From contig NC_058130.1 in assembly GCF_016433145.1 (NCBI RefSeq), positions 40,200,182-40,264,181 on the forward strand: a stretch of DNA of 64,000 nt. The letters run 5' to 3'. Below, piece by piece: positions 12,094 to 24,720 of the stretch (positions are counted from its first letter, which is position 1; the number at the start of each line of letters is the position of its first letter). The position numbers and the translations under genes are program-made. Under the pieces are notes generated by a model. The model ran no database searches. It was not told the DNA's origin and saw only the letters and a program-made list of their open reading frames with translations. Source of the stretch: Gracilinanus agilis (lineage: Eukaryota).

Positions 12094-12690
12094 TAGTTGT
12101 TGTCCTTCATACTCGAAGAGGATCAAAATGGCATGACTATGTTAGTATCAGTGTGCATTGCGGGAGTCTGACTAGGGCTGAACAACAATATAAGCTTGGA
12201 AGGCTTTACCACAGTTTGGTCACAAATAGCCAATATGAACATTTTGGATGGGGATGTCATTAAATTTGCACATCTCACATTTCTTTTGAGTTACTACAAT
12301 ACTGCTTTGCTCATAGATTTCTTCTTCACACTAAGTGTTCCGGTGTCTGCTATGTCTCAAATCAACACCAAAGTTCTTCAGAGAGGTATTTGGAGTGTCT
12401 TTGTATCACTTCTTTTGCCCTCCATCTGAAAGTTTGCCTTGTATGAGTTCTCCATAAAAAAGTCTTTTAGGCAAACCTAGGTTTGACATTTTAAGAATTT
12501 GGCCAGCCCACTGGAGTTATACTTTCTACAGCAGAGTTTGAATAATTGGAATTTCAGCTTAAGAAAGGACCTCAGTGTCTGGTACTGTATCTTTCCAAGT
12601 TATCTGAATCTTCCTAAAACAATTCAACTTCCTGGCATGGCATTAGTGGACTTCTCAGGTTTCACAAGCATACAACAATGACCTCAGCAC
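12094..12690 (-). mobile_element. RTE-clade LINE 3' fragment (or RTE-derived SINE)
   Basis: Antisense RTE 3' end 'gttgttgtccttcatactcgaagaggatcaaaatggcat...', continuing into degraded RT-region sequence ('gaatcttcctaaaacaattc'). Confidence 0.7.
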
Positions 12691-13329
12691 AAACTGCTCT
12701 GTAGCTCTTCAGATTGGTAGGCAGCCCAGTACCTCTTCTCTCTCACATTTTTCTTTAGAATCTCCAAAACATTGAGCTAAGCTGTGACAATAAGTGTATC
12801 AACATCATGATGCATGTGTACATGCCTGGAATGTACGCCACCTAGCTAAGCAAACTCATTCACAGCATTCAGAATTTCTCCATTTGTTATAATCGAGGAT
12901 TTCATGTCTGATTGGTATGATGCTGGCTAATGGAGAACCTTCTATTTCTTGGTATTAATTAAAATTACTATAAGAATCAGAAGATCAATCCATACCCAGC
13001 CTCTCATCTCATCTCAGCTGGAGAAGTAGTATTGAGTGAACAATCATTTGCAAACAAAAAAGTGAACTCCAACTCTCCCTCCATTACAGTTGCAGCTTGT
13101 AGCTTTTTCAAGTTAGTTTACTACCAGTGTAGTAACTGACTGAAGCCATTTTTGGCCTCGTTGAAAATAAGGACCAAAGGTACATAACAGGTAGGATAGA
13201 TTCCTAAGGGTCAACTTCTCTTTGTGGGAAAGTTGTAACATCTAAGTTAATTAACTCTCTGCAGGCATCTGACCCCTTCTCCATATACTCCAGACTCTCA
13301 TTACATATGTATATACATTTTATGTATAC

Positions 13330-13800
13330 TTGTTTTTGTACACCTATATAAAGACTAAGAGGCATCACCCACTGGAGAGGGGATCAGGTATGGTCTCCTG
13401 AAAGCAGTTAACATTCTAGCTGAGATCTGAAGGAACCTAAGACTACCAAAAGGCAGAAGGAAAGGCTGGGGGTGGAGGGAGGCGGAATTATTCTAGTCAT
13501 GTGGACCAGTCTATGAAAAGATGCAGTGATGGGAGATCAAATAGTTAGTAATGGAGAGGGAACAGCAAAGAGATTCATTTCCCAGAAACACAAAGAGTGT
13601 GAAGTGTAATGCTCCATAAGGTAGCTTTCAGCAAAGTCGTGAAATATTTTAAATACCAAACAGAACAGAATTTTTACTTTAACCTAAAATCAATAGGGAA
13701 TCATTGAAGTTTCTGTAGCAGAGGAGTGATGAGGGCAGATCTGAGCTTTGGCTATATCAATGCATCACCTGTGAATTGGACATGTTAAAAAAATAGAAAA
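13330..13800 (-). mobile_element. L2 fragment
   Basis: 'gagctgagatctgaagga...aatagggaatcattgaagtttctgtagcagaggagtgat', recognisable antisense L2. Confidence 0.65.
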
Positions 13801-15619
13801 TAGCCACTCCCTTAGAACCATAAAAAGCTTGGCACATCACCAGTGTTTACTCCAAATAGAGGGAGGGAAGGGTTAAAGTAGAGCATATTATCTTCATGGT
13901 CAGTGGTGGAGAGATGAACTAACAATGTCTGATCCTTTTGGGTAACCCAGATCTGGACAGAGAATTGATATACATCTGTTGTTTAAATGAAAATATCACT
14001 GGAATTTAGGACTCTCTCCCCTGCTGTCTATAGTTATTATGATGAGTTGTAATATTGACAGGTTTCTTTTAGCCCACTTTGAAGACTGAGGCAGCAAATA
14101 TAGGAAACAGAAGAGTAAGTGATGATGAGGCTAGAGTTGTTTGTCTCTGAATTATATTGCTTAAATTTACCTCCTATTTTTATCCCTAGAGAAGAATCAA
14201 CTTTGAGATGTCTACCTCGCTACCAAGCAGTTCCATAGAGCTTATTGCATATTAGACATTTTCTTCCTAATCCCTCTGGATTGTTTGTGATTATAATTCT
14301 TCTGAAATTATTGTTTTTCATGATTTATGTCACAGAGAAGTGGTTTGATACTATAAAGTAAATTCTCCAGGTGACAACAAGGAAATTGTACCTATCCATG
14401 CAAAAGAAATACATATATCCCATGTTTCCAAATTAATGCAGCTCTTACTTTAATTTAAACATTGAATCAGGAGAACAGGTTCTGACCCTGTCACTCAGAT
14501 CACTGCTGAATTGAAATTTTCCCTAATTATACAATATTGCTTAACCCCCAAATATTACAAAACAGTCCAAAAGAATGAGAAATATTTTGGCTGAATTATA
14601 CAGTGTATGCTGGTTGCATACTAATGCACAGAAGTAAATCCAGTCGAGTTTTATGACATCCCTAATATCAAAATGCAAACACCTGTTCCCCAAAGGATCC
14701 TGTAATGCTAACTTGGTAGTTTGGGACACATGCAGATCTGCCTTCAAACACAGACTCATTCTTCTGAATACTAGATGCAAGTAGTGAGAATTACAGGGTC
14801 TTGTTTGGTACACCATCCACTTGCATGCAATGAAACAAATGGCTTTAAAAATGATCAATCCTCCCAGATATTCAGTTCATTTCCTATCTGTAAATTATTT
14901 AGGAGAGACATCAGCTATGCTCTTTTAACAAATGTGTGTAGAGCATCTCTGGCGATATCTCATTCATATGGAGATGTGTACGCATCCATCTTTTCCCTGT
15001 TTTGAGGCAGAGTAATATATGGCAAGGCTGTTGAGAGTTATATTAAAGTCCTGAGCTGTGGTGTTTCAAAAAATCAAGAAAATTCCAAGTCTGTTCTCTT
15101 TATAAGTCAGTGAAACTGATTAAAAGCCCATTTTACCTTTGGGAATCATAGGGACATTCACTTGATAGCATAAACCATGTTGCATGTAGGCACTTATCAT
15201 TCCACTCATTTTAATCTGAGAATATATTATTCATTGTTAGTGCTTTAAGAAGGGAAAAAAACACATTTCTCCTTTTAATAAGTTCCAAATGGCATAAATA
15301 GAATGATCTTTGAAATTTTATGTAGAAATATATTATATAACTAACAGTATTTACACTTAGTTCCCTGGTCTAAGGAGAAGAGTCTCAATTCACTTGAAAT
15401 GTGAATTTTGTTGATATGTATATTCAGGACTGAACAGACAAAGCTATAAATGAAAATCATATGAAAAAAAGTATTGTTCAGATGAAGAAAACCTGCTTTC
15501 AGACTGGAAGAAAATGAAGTTAAGTTTGCCTCACTATGAATATGTATGGTGCCTACTAACAATGGGTTTATTTCCTTTTCTTACCAATCAAAGCTACAGT
15601 TAACGTACTTTTCATTCCC

Positions 15620-16100
15620 TTCATAGGATCATAGGTTTACACTTGGAAGACATTTTTGAGGTCATCTAATTTAATCTCCTCATTTTGTAATTAATGAAAT
15701 TGAGGAGTCCCAGAGGAGTAAAATACCTTGCCCAAGGTCACAAAGTGGCTGAGCCAAGATTTAAATCTGGGTCTTAAAATAATAATCTGGGTCTTAAAAA
15801 TAAAATCTGGGTCTTCAAATAATAATAACAAAAACATAACATCATCATCATCATCATCATCATCATCATAGTTAGCATTTCTATAGTGTTTAAAGGTTTG
15901 TAAAATACTATGGAAATGTTATTTTTAAAATATCCACAACAACTCCTTATAGGTGGTTCCATTAAAAAAACATTTTGCCAGTAAGGAAACCGAGGCAGAC
16001 AAAGGTTAAGGGACTTGGCAAGAGTCACATAACTAGTAAGTGTCTGATTAGAATTTAGGCCTCCCTTACTCCTAGTCCAGGGCTCTAATCCACTGAGTTA
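15620..16100 (-). mobile_element. Two tandem MIRs separated by a 20-bp triplication and a (CAT)n repeat (15839-15868)
   Basis: Two antisense cores: 'ccttgcccaaggtcaca' and 'gtaaggaaaccgaggcagac...gacttggcaagagtcac'. Confidence 0.8.
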
Positions 16101-16885
16101 GTATAAATCTGATATTCTTTCTATAGCACAATGCTTCTTCCCAGCAAGCACTCATTCATTACTCCAAATTTGAATTCTTTTTCCATATTCTAATTTTCTA
16201 TCTCTCTTCTCTTCCTTCTTTCTTCCTATCCTTTCCCTTTTTCTTGCACACACATAAAACATATAAAGTTATAAATCTAGTTTTGGTTGTTGAAATAAAG
16301 TGTTTTGAGGGAATGAAGTTGGGAAGGATCTATGGTTTCATCTATCTAGAAAACACATTAAGTATGGAAAATCCCTCCCTAATTCCACATCAGAGAGTCC
16401 TCCCAAGTTATTGGAAGTTGTCTAGTTGTCTGGGGCATGGAGAGTTTAAATAATTTTCCCAGAAGCACATAGCTAGGGGTATTTTGTGTCAGAGGCAGTA
16501 CTTGAACTTTTGTTTTCTTGACTCAAAGTTTCATCCTCTATTAACTATGCTGCCCTGCTGCTCACTATTAATAAATACAGTCACTTCTGCTACAATATTT
16601 GCTCTGAAAACATTAATTTGTTCCAACATGATTCCTATATTGAGGATCAATTTGAAAATAAAAAGAATTTTGCATTTGCTTATATGTGATTTTGTCCTTG
16701 AGAAACAGCCAGAATGCAGAAAATTGCACCCAGCCAAAGTGAGCTTCATAAGAATACATAAAACCCAAACTCTTTCAAATACATATATATATACACATAT
16801 ATACATGCATGTATATCTGTACACACACATTCAATATCCCAAGTTGAAGGAGTCCTGGAATTTTAGTCTAAGGAAACAGTCTTCT

Positions 16886-17075
16886 TTTTTATTTTTTTTT
16901 AAACCCTTAACTTCTGTGTATTGTCTCCTTGGTGGAAGAGTGGTAAAGGTGGGCAATGGGAGTCAAGAGACTTGCCCAGGGTCACACAGCTGGGAAGTGT
17001 CTGAGGCCAGATTTGAACCTATGACCTCCCGTCTCTAGGCCTGACTCTCAATCCACTGAGCTACCCAGCTGCCCC
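16886..17075 (-). mobile_element. SINE1_Mdo-type young SINE, full length
   Basis: Reverse complement begins 'ggggcagctgggtagctcagtggattgagagtcaggcctagag'. Poly-A tail. 15-bp TSD aggaaacagtcttct (16871-85) and aggaagcagtcttct (17076-90). Confidence 0.95.
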
Positions 17076-17844
17076 AGGAAGCAGTCTTCTATCATCTGTG
17101 GTCCTCACATTTTTTAATCTGGCCCTTGGGAACTGGGATGCAGGTCAAGTTGCAGTTCAGGTTTGTGGACCTACCACTCTAGTGTAGTATTTATTATATA
17201 TCTTAACCATTTCATATATACAAAATCGTGCTGCTTTTTAATTAGATTCCTTTTTTATGTCACCAATGAAGTTTTTGAGTGATGCTCCAAGCCCTATTTT
17301 CCTGATACATCTTATGGTTTCCATTTTGTAATTTTGCATAACATAGTGATTTTTAGGAACACATGTTGCATTACAGCAGAACTGACTATACATTAAAATG
17401 ACTGAAAAGTTAGTTTACAAATTTTCAAGATGACACATGCCAGATATTCTAAATATATAAACAAACAAACAAAACCCCAGCAAAGCTTCTAATATCATTT
17501 ACACGGACCTTAGAACTCAAATCTTGACAGGTGGCTGGTGACATACTTGTAACAATCCTTCTATAAATCACAGAGAAAATCTAAGCCATCATCTAAAATT
17601 TCAGACTTCATTCTGAAAATGGTACACCTGATGTTCAATCTTCCTGTTCATTCAAATAAGAAACTTGTTATTGGCATCATTGGAAGGGAAAATAGCATTT
17701 GGAAAGTATTACTCTAAGGACCAGGGTCCCTTGAGAATACGATCTATAGATGCATGGAAATTACTAAATGATGCATTAATATATGAAAATCAGCTTCCTA
17801 TTTTCTTCAGGATCTTGACATATCTATAGGAACATGGTGTGAGG

Positions 17845-18028
17845 CAGAGGTATCAACCTCATGACCTGCCATGTGAGATTGAAGAGCAGCCCAAATAAAG
17901 TTAAAATATAATTGGGAAATATGTAACAGAATAAATAAAATACAATATAACATAGATAATGTTCATCTGTGTTTTCTTAGGTTAATATGTGTCCCACAGC
18001 AAACTTCTATTTGAGTTTGACACCATTG
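17845..18028. mobile_element. hAT-type MITE remnant (OposCharlie-like)
   Basis: Imperfect TIRs CAGAGGTATCAA...TTGACACCATTG. The interior resembles an opossum hAT MITE as recalled. No TSD recovered. Confidence 0.55.
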
Positions 18029-18159
18029 TTCTACATAGTTTCGAGAGAGGAGTATTATGACTGATTTCCATCTCTGTCCCAAGACAAGAAACCTCACCTC
18101 TCCGAGTCTCAGTCTTCCTACATATAATATGGAAATATGATACATAGGAATAAGGCAGC

Positions 18160-18374
18160 ATTACTAGAATAGATGAGGAGTTTATATGAATTGTGAAAAT
18201 CCAGATTTAAGTCCTGCCTATGACAAAATGACTGTGTTACCCTAGGCAAGTCACTTAACTTTCAAGATCCCCCAAACTATTCTTTAAAGTTCTAGGTTGT
18301 AAAACAGGTGTTGTTCTGCATTAGGGATGGGGATTTTCTCCCCAGAAGTTGCCTATACTGATGAAAGCTCAGTC

Positions 18375-18380
<6 letters not shown>
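18160..18380 (+). mobile_element. THER2/MIR3_Mars-type CORE-SINE
   Basis: Core 'ctaggcaagtcacttaac' and tail 'ctgcattagg...tatactgatgaaagctcag', followed by (CA)n at 18381-18428. Confidence 0.7.
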
Positions 18381-18432
<52 letters not shown>

Positions 18433-18535
18433 TGGGAATACCTCTTTGGAATTCTGTCAGGTAACTGACATTTATAGAACCTTTTAAACTTTGCAAAGTG
18501 CTTTAGGTGCTTTCTCTCATTTGGTCCTCATAGAT

Positions 18536-18726
18536 CAGTAATTCCCAAAGTGGGCACCACTGCCCCCTGGTGGGTGCTCCAGCGATCCAGAGAAGCTGTG
18601 ATGGCCACAGGTGCATTTATCTTTCCTATTAATTGCTATTAAAATTTAAAAAAAAATAATTTCCAGCTAAGTAATATTTTTTTTTCTGGAATTGGACAGT
18701 AGGCCAAAAAAGTTTGGGAACCACTG
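18536..18726 (+). mobile_element. Young hAT/Charlie MITE (191 bp) inserted into a MIR
   Basis: TIRs CAGTAATTCCCAAA...TTTGGGAACCACTG. 8-bp TSD tcatagat/ccatagat with central TA. The interrupted antisense MIR (about 18440-18970) resumes after it. Confidence 0.9.
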
Positions 18727-20448
18727 CCATAGATGCTCCATAAAGGTGGGCATTATTAGTGTCATCATTTTATAAATGAGGACACTGATGCAAAAACAGA
18801 TAAAGTAGTTTGACCAAGATAACATAGTCAAGACCGGTGCAGAGCTACACTTTCTTTGCAATTATATAGTCTGAAAGGCTATATAATTAGAATTTAGGTG
18901 CCTGGGATAGAGTTGAAACAAAGATGATTCTGATTCTAAGTTTAATACTCAATCCACTAGGCTGTTCTGCTTTTTAAAAAAGAATGCATATATACATGGA
19001 TGAAAGAGCAAATCAATGATTTAAAAGGCATTTATTGCATCTTAATAGATGGCAAGCCCTGTGCTAAACATTGGGGTTATAAAATCAAGCATGCCAGTTC
19101 GTGACTTTAGGGAGCTTATATTAAAATATGGTACATTAAAGCACTCTAGAGTTGGAATGTGGAGGAATGGAGATGAGCATTTATTGGCATAGTTTGGAAA
19201 AGACTGGGAAGTGGTGTGATAACCTGGTCCAGTACAAGAATAAGTGAAAGTTTAACTGGTAGAACTAAGGATCTCAAGGACCAAAGAGGTGTTTACATTG
19301 CTCTTAGATTGCTATTTTATATATTAAAAGTTGTTAGATGGTTCTCTTGATCTAGAGTTGGGAATTCCTGAGTTAAATCTGGTATCAGACACTAGATGTG
19401 TGACCATGGGTAAGTCATTTAACCTCTATGGGAATGAAAGCATGAACAAAGTTTGTATAGAATAAGAAAGCAGAAACAGGTTTCCTTCTGAGGCAATGGG
19501 GAGTATAGCCATACCTCTGAAATAATGAATTCTTCAAAGTATGAAAAGATGGAATGACAAATCTTATAAGCTTGTGAAAATGTTTTGTTAGTTTTTTTTT
19601 AATTTTCTTGACCACATCAGGAGCTTCTGGGGAGATCTGGAAGACCAATTGCAATTATATTGTCTTAGAGAAGTTATGTCTTAGAGCCTAGGTGCCCAGG
19701 ACACCTAGAGGGTAGTAAATTGCCTATGTCCATCCATTAAGTATGTGTCAAAGTGGAGACTTGAACCAGGGTCATCTTGGCTTAAATGACAGTTTCTATC
19801 CACACTGTCAAACTCTCCATATTGTGAGTTTTTCTAAAGAGTTTTTACAATTCACATTCATAGTATATGTTCTAACACCCCTCGTGGGATATTTTTGAAA
19901 ATAAAAGGCAAATGATTGCGTACTTCAAAGTTTGAGCTAGCAGCCCCTGAGCCAGCTTTAAAGAAACGCCATGAAATCTTATGAGTGCTTTTATAGAAAG
20001 ACAATAGGAAAGGCCTTGAAGATGTTGAGTATTGAGTTATTTGTCTCAATTTCAGAGCTTGGAGATATTGCCCACCAAATGTCAATAGCTTTGGAAGTTA
20101 TTTTAAATTTTCCTGTTGTTCAATGCATAATTTTAGGCCTAAAACATAAACAAAATAAAATAAAATTTTGCTTGTCTTTAACCTAGCAGTTAGAGCCAAA
20201 GGAGGCATAAGCTAAGATCAATGCAGCAGAGAAAGAATCTGGATTTCCCTTTGAAGGGAATTGGTAAGATGTGTTATTTGTGTTATTCCTCTGATGTCTC
20301 AACTTGAAGAAGACACAGTCATACATTAAAGAGGCAGAATGGCAGATGAGGGACAAAGAAGTGCCTCCAACAGGTTAACTTATTCCATAGGATTATAGAT
20401 GTAAAGCTAAATAGTAACTAGTAAATAATGAATTTTTACCTTTTACAT

Positions 20449-20675
20449 CTAGGTGGCAGAGGGGATAGAATACCAGAACTGGAGTCAAGAAGACCTGAGT
20501 TCAAATATGGCCTTATCTGTATAACCCTGGGCAAGTCACTTAACACTTTTTTGCCTCCATTTTCTCATCTGTAAATGGAGCTGGAGAAGAAATGGTAAAC
20601 CACGCCTGTATCTCTGCCAAGAAAATCCTAAATGGCCTCACAAAGCTTCAACATGTGTGAAAATGACTGAACAAC
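20449..20675 (+). mobile_element. Mar1-type SINE
   Basis: 'ggagtcaagaagacctgagttcaaat...gagctggagaagaaatggtaaaccac...gccaagaaaatcc...gactgaacaac'. Confidence 0.85.
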
Positions 20676-21274
20676 CTGACCTTATTTTTACAGTCGAGGC
20701 AACTTAAGAATAGAGATGATAAGGTATTTGTTTAGGATAACACAGGTGTGAGTAACCAAGGTAGAATTGGAACCTAAGACATTTTGGCTCCAAGTGGAGC
20801 ACTGCATTATGTCCTGCCATCTCCCTTCTAGGATGTTTAGGATGCCCTACACATGTCTGAGTCTGGGTCATAGATAGAAAGTTTATTATTATATTTGAGT
20901 AAATGTGAAATACACAAAAATTGCAATCTGCTAATATAATGATAGTCTTATGCAGAAAATGTAAAAAAATATAGAAACAGGGAAGAAAAAATATTGGCAT
21001 ACTTTATGTCTCACCCTGGCTTTAGATGTAGTTTGAATGTGCTTTAACATAAAGATTTGCTAGGTTATATTCTGATGACTGTGGTTGATTTCACTGAAAT
21101 TTGAGGCATTTATGTTAAAAACTTTAAAGGGAAAATATAGAATGCTAGTGTTGTTGGGCATGAACCAAATGACACAAACTTAAAGCTTTAATTAAGGCAT
21201 CCATCTGAATATTTACATAATAAAAGGGATTAGAAAGATCAGAAGACCATAAATTTGAGCTGAAAAAGATAGTC

Positions 21275-21385
21275 TTGCAGTTGTGTCCAACTCTTTGTGA
21301 TCCTGTGAACCCATAGCATTTCATGTCCTTCTATTGTCCACTGCCTCCCAATGTCTGTCCAAGCTCACGTTCCTTGATTTCATGG
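21275..21385 (-). mobile_element. RTE/BovB-like 3' fragment
   Basis: 'gttgtgtccaactctttgtgatcc...tctgtccaagctcacgttcc'. Confidence 0.6.
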
Positions 21386-21389
21386 CAAA

Positions 21390-21590
21390 AAAAGGATATA
21401 AGTTTTGTATAGGTCTGCCCTCCCTCTCTTTTTTTCCTGATCGCAGATGAGAAAGCTGTCTTTTATTCCGGCTTTTACTTTTGTCCTTTTATTTCTTCTA
21501 TTTCAAGTGATTACTAATAAATCTTATAAAATATAATATTTGGAGTTATTGGATATTAGTTTAAATCTTCCAATGGTCACAATAATTAAG
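21390..21590 (+). mobile_element. LTR 3' fragment
   Basis: TATA-like 'ggatataag', pyrimidine-rich R region, 'aataaatcttataaaatataat...' and terminal CA. Confidence 0.45.
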
Positions 21591-21609
21591 CTTTGACTTA
21601 AGTATTTGT

Positions 21610-21910
21610 CCTTTTATCATACTAGCTATTTGATCCTGGGCCAAGTCATTTAACCTCTCTTTTCTTTCAGTTTCATCGTCTGGAAAATGTGGATAACTAA
21701 ACATGTACTCTCACAAGGTTATTACAAGGTTTTGTTTTCGTTGTTGCTTAGATATTTTCAGTGGTATCCCTCGCTTCATGACCACTTTTGGAGTTTTCTT
21801 AGCAAAGAGACTGGAGGGATTTGCCATTTCCTCCTCCAGTTACTGTCAGGGACAAACAAAATAATATATGTAAAAATGCTTGGCAAACTTTAAATAACTA
21901 TATTAATATT
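21610..21910 (+). mobile_element. MIR with a nested antisense Mar1 tail fragment (about 21730-21840)
   Basis: The MIR core and tail are split by 'gagttttcttagcaaagagactggagggatttgccatttcctcctccag'. Confidence 0.7.
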
Positions 21911-22393
21911 AATATTAGGCAGCTAGGTGACACCACAAATAGAGAGGTAGACACGGAATTAGAAAGAACTGAGTTTAAATAGGGAATCAAATATTTATGA
22001 TCTGAGTCACCTTGGCAAAGTCACTTAACTCCTTATAGGAGTAATGCCTAACAGGATTTCTTTATTACATTGATTAAACAATGCTTCTTCTTTCCCTTCT
22101 GAGAAACTAAAAAGACATTTATTTTTTTCTAAAAGGTGGCAAGGTAGTTCTGTGGATTTGATTGACTGTTGTGGATTCCCTTAGGCATTTTCCTGGTTAT
22201 CTAGGGAGTATGAAAAGTCTTATCCATTTGCAATCTGAGTTTCTCAGTTTAGTAAGTATTTGAGATCACATGTGCTGCTATATATTTCCCTCATGATCTA
22301 TAATCAGCCTAATTTCCATATATTGACAATATAAATTAAACATATATATTCATATCTGTTTATATATAGTATATGTATATATATTTTATATAT

Positions 22394-22639
22394 TGTATGG
22401 TTAGAGAATTTTGTACCTTTAAACTACATTCCCTAGAATTCCTTCAGTATCTCCCAGACTTCTTTTTAATCTCTCCACCACATTGCGTGGTCACATTTTG
22501 TATATAGTTGTGGGGAACTACACCTCTCTCTGTCTGATCTTGTGACTAGGACTGGGTTATCTAGCTTTTTACTTTAGTTATTAATAAACTTTGTAAAATC
22601 TAATAGTTATAGTATACTAATTTTAATCTTTACTATACA
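22394..22639 (+). mobile_element. Short (~245 bp) solo LTR, same family as 61003-61248
   Basis: TG...CA ends. Shared blocks 'aaactacatt', 'ttgcgtggtcacattt', 'ttattaataaa', 'aatagttat'. Confidence 0.7.
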
Positions 22640-22809
22640 TATATTTATCATGATTAAATATATATATGTGTACATATATATATATATACATATATTTAGG
22701 TCTGAAGAATGTATTATTTCTAAATTTATAGATATAATGGTTTGTTTCAATAATTTGGTCTCTTAAAGCTCTTTAAAATACACGCATATATTATAGCAAT
22801 TAATTTTCC

Positions 22810-23900
22810 TACCTAGCAATTATCACATTCTCATTATAATATTGTGATTTGGGGACATATTATCCTCCCTACTAGAGTGTAAATTTCCTGAGGAAAGGCA
22901 TAGTGTAATTTCAGCCTTTAATCCCAACCATCTAGCAAGTGTCTTGAGTATGGTAGATACTTAAGGCATATCACTGACTTGAGATATCCACTGCAATACA
23001 CAAATTAATAAGGTCCACATTCATGCCCTCAAGGAGCTTAAAATCTATTAAAGTGACAAGAAAATACAGAAATACCTAGAATAACAATAAGAGGCACAAA
23101 GTACTAAACAGGCAGATATTAAATAAAGAAGTTGGGGTGGGAAAGTGCAGGTTATATATAAGAAGTGGCAAATTATCAAATATAGATGGAGTTTAGTATG
23201 AGAAAAGAATAAAGTAAGATAAATATTGAACAGTTGTGTGGCCCTAGATCACAGAGGTTCTTGGGTGTCAGAATTGTGAGTCTGTATTCATTAAACAAGA
23301 GGAGCTATTGAAGGATTTGGAGCAGAAGAGTGACATCAGTTCTGTGCATGAGGAAATTAACCTGACAGCAGTGTGAAGGAAAGATCTAAGAGAGGTGAGA
23401 TTCGATGCAGGAAGCATGGTTTAGGAGGCCTTTTTATTAGTCCAGGTAGATGGTAATGAGGGCTGCAGTTGGGTGGTGGCAGTGGGGGCATAAAAAGAAG
23501 GGTGAAGAAGCAAGCGAGATAGAATTGACAGTGCTTATTAATTTGGTAGTGGTGGAGAGAATAAGGGAGAGGGAGAAGGACAGCAAAGTGTCAGTGAAAA
23601 CTTTACTTTTTCAAGCATGCCTAAGTAGGTAATTGGCAGTAACATGGACAGAAACAGAAGTCAAATAAAAAAAAGTTAGGGGAGAGGGAAGTTAATAAGG
23701 GACGTTCCAAATCTATTTCATCTGACTTTGCTTTTTCTGTCAGTGGTACTGCCAAATGACTCATTAGGCATGCCTAAGTTTGGAGTTATTACTGATTCTT
23801 TTCCTCTCTCAATATCTATATCTAATGCATATTTCTGAGATGCCACAAGGATATCCAAATGGAATGAGATGTATAGACAATTGGAAATATGCATCTAAAG
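22810..23900. mobile_element. Cluster of L2 fragments (3' tail on +, long body fragments on -)
   Basis: 'cccctccctactagagtgtaaatttcctgagg'-type tail, and 'gagctattgaaggatttggagcagaagagtgacatcag...gtccaggtagatggtaatgagg'. Confidence 0.65.
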
Positions 23901-24129
23901 CAAAGAAGTTGAACATAAAGATCCTAGAATCATTTGGAGATAAGTAATAGTTGAAACTGTAGAAGGAGGTAAAATTATAAATTAATATTTTTTAAAAATT
24001 TTCTAGCATTTATACTTTCTTCATCCTATTAAAAATTCAGAACACCTGTAGAAAATAAGCAGTCAGCAAAACAAATTCCCGTGTTGACAGAGTCATAGTT
24101 GATAAAGTTATTGAATCAGTACTGTTCAT

Positions 24130-24720
24130 TTTTACAATATTGACATCAGAATAGAAATTTTTCTCTTAGTGCAGTTCACTTCATTCTATATCAGATCATA
24201 TAAATTTCAGAATTTTTTGAATGTTATTTCATCATTTGTTAGAGCACCATAGTATTCCATTACTTTGATATATAATAATTTGTTCGATCATTCTTTATTT
24301 CATGGATGCCTCCTTAGTTTCCATTTCTTCTTTCTCTCTTTGCTCCTTCCCACCTCTTTACACAGAAGAAGAGAGACCTGGAACAGGAAGGAGTGTTTCC
24401 AGCATCAATGTTTTATGCTCAAAGCAAAACTACCACTCTTCGTTCCCTCTTATCTTCTTTTCACCCTGATTTCAATCAGAGGTTCTCATCCTTTCTTCTA
24501 TTTTGACCACCTCTTTAGCCTTTGTTCCTTTGAATTTATGGTTTCTTTTACTTATGATTAATCCCCTCCTAGAGCTACCTTCCCATTTATTCAGCCTTTA
24601 ATTCTCCACCTGTTTTCCTGTTGAGTTTAATGTGTTTCTACAACAATTTTTTATGAAGGTGCTTCTTGGTGTTCTACCTTTCTTTGATCAGTTCCAAAGA
24701 AAGTAAGGCTCAAGAAAATG
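24130..24720 (-). mobile_element. Old L1 fragments (3' end plus ORF1/ORF2 junction-like)
   Basis: 'gttcacttcattctatatcagatcatataaattt...gcaccatagtattccattac' is an antisense L1 ORF2 C-terminal motif. Confidence 0.6.

Noticed and set aside
16484-17038. Longest ORF (184 aa)
   Set aside because: It runs through a TA/CA low-complexity tract and an antisense SINE. The C-terminal 'GSQETCPGSHSWEVSEARFEP' is translated SINE.
8096-21170. Repeated 13-mer ggcatgaaccaaa at about 8096 and 21157
   Set aside because: Many 13-mer matches are expected by chance in 64 kb, and the match does not extend.
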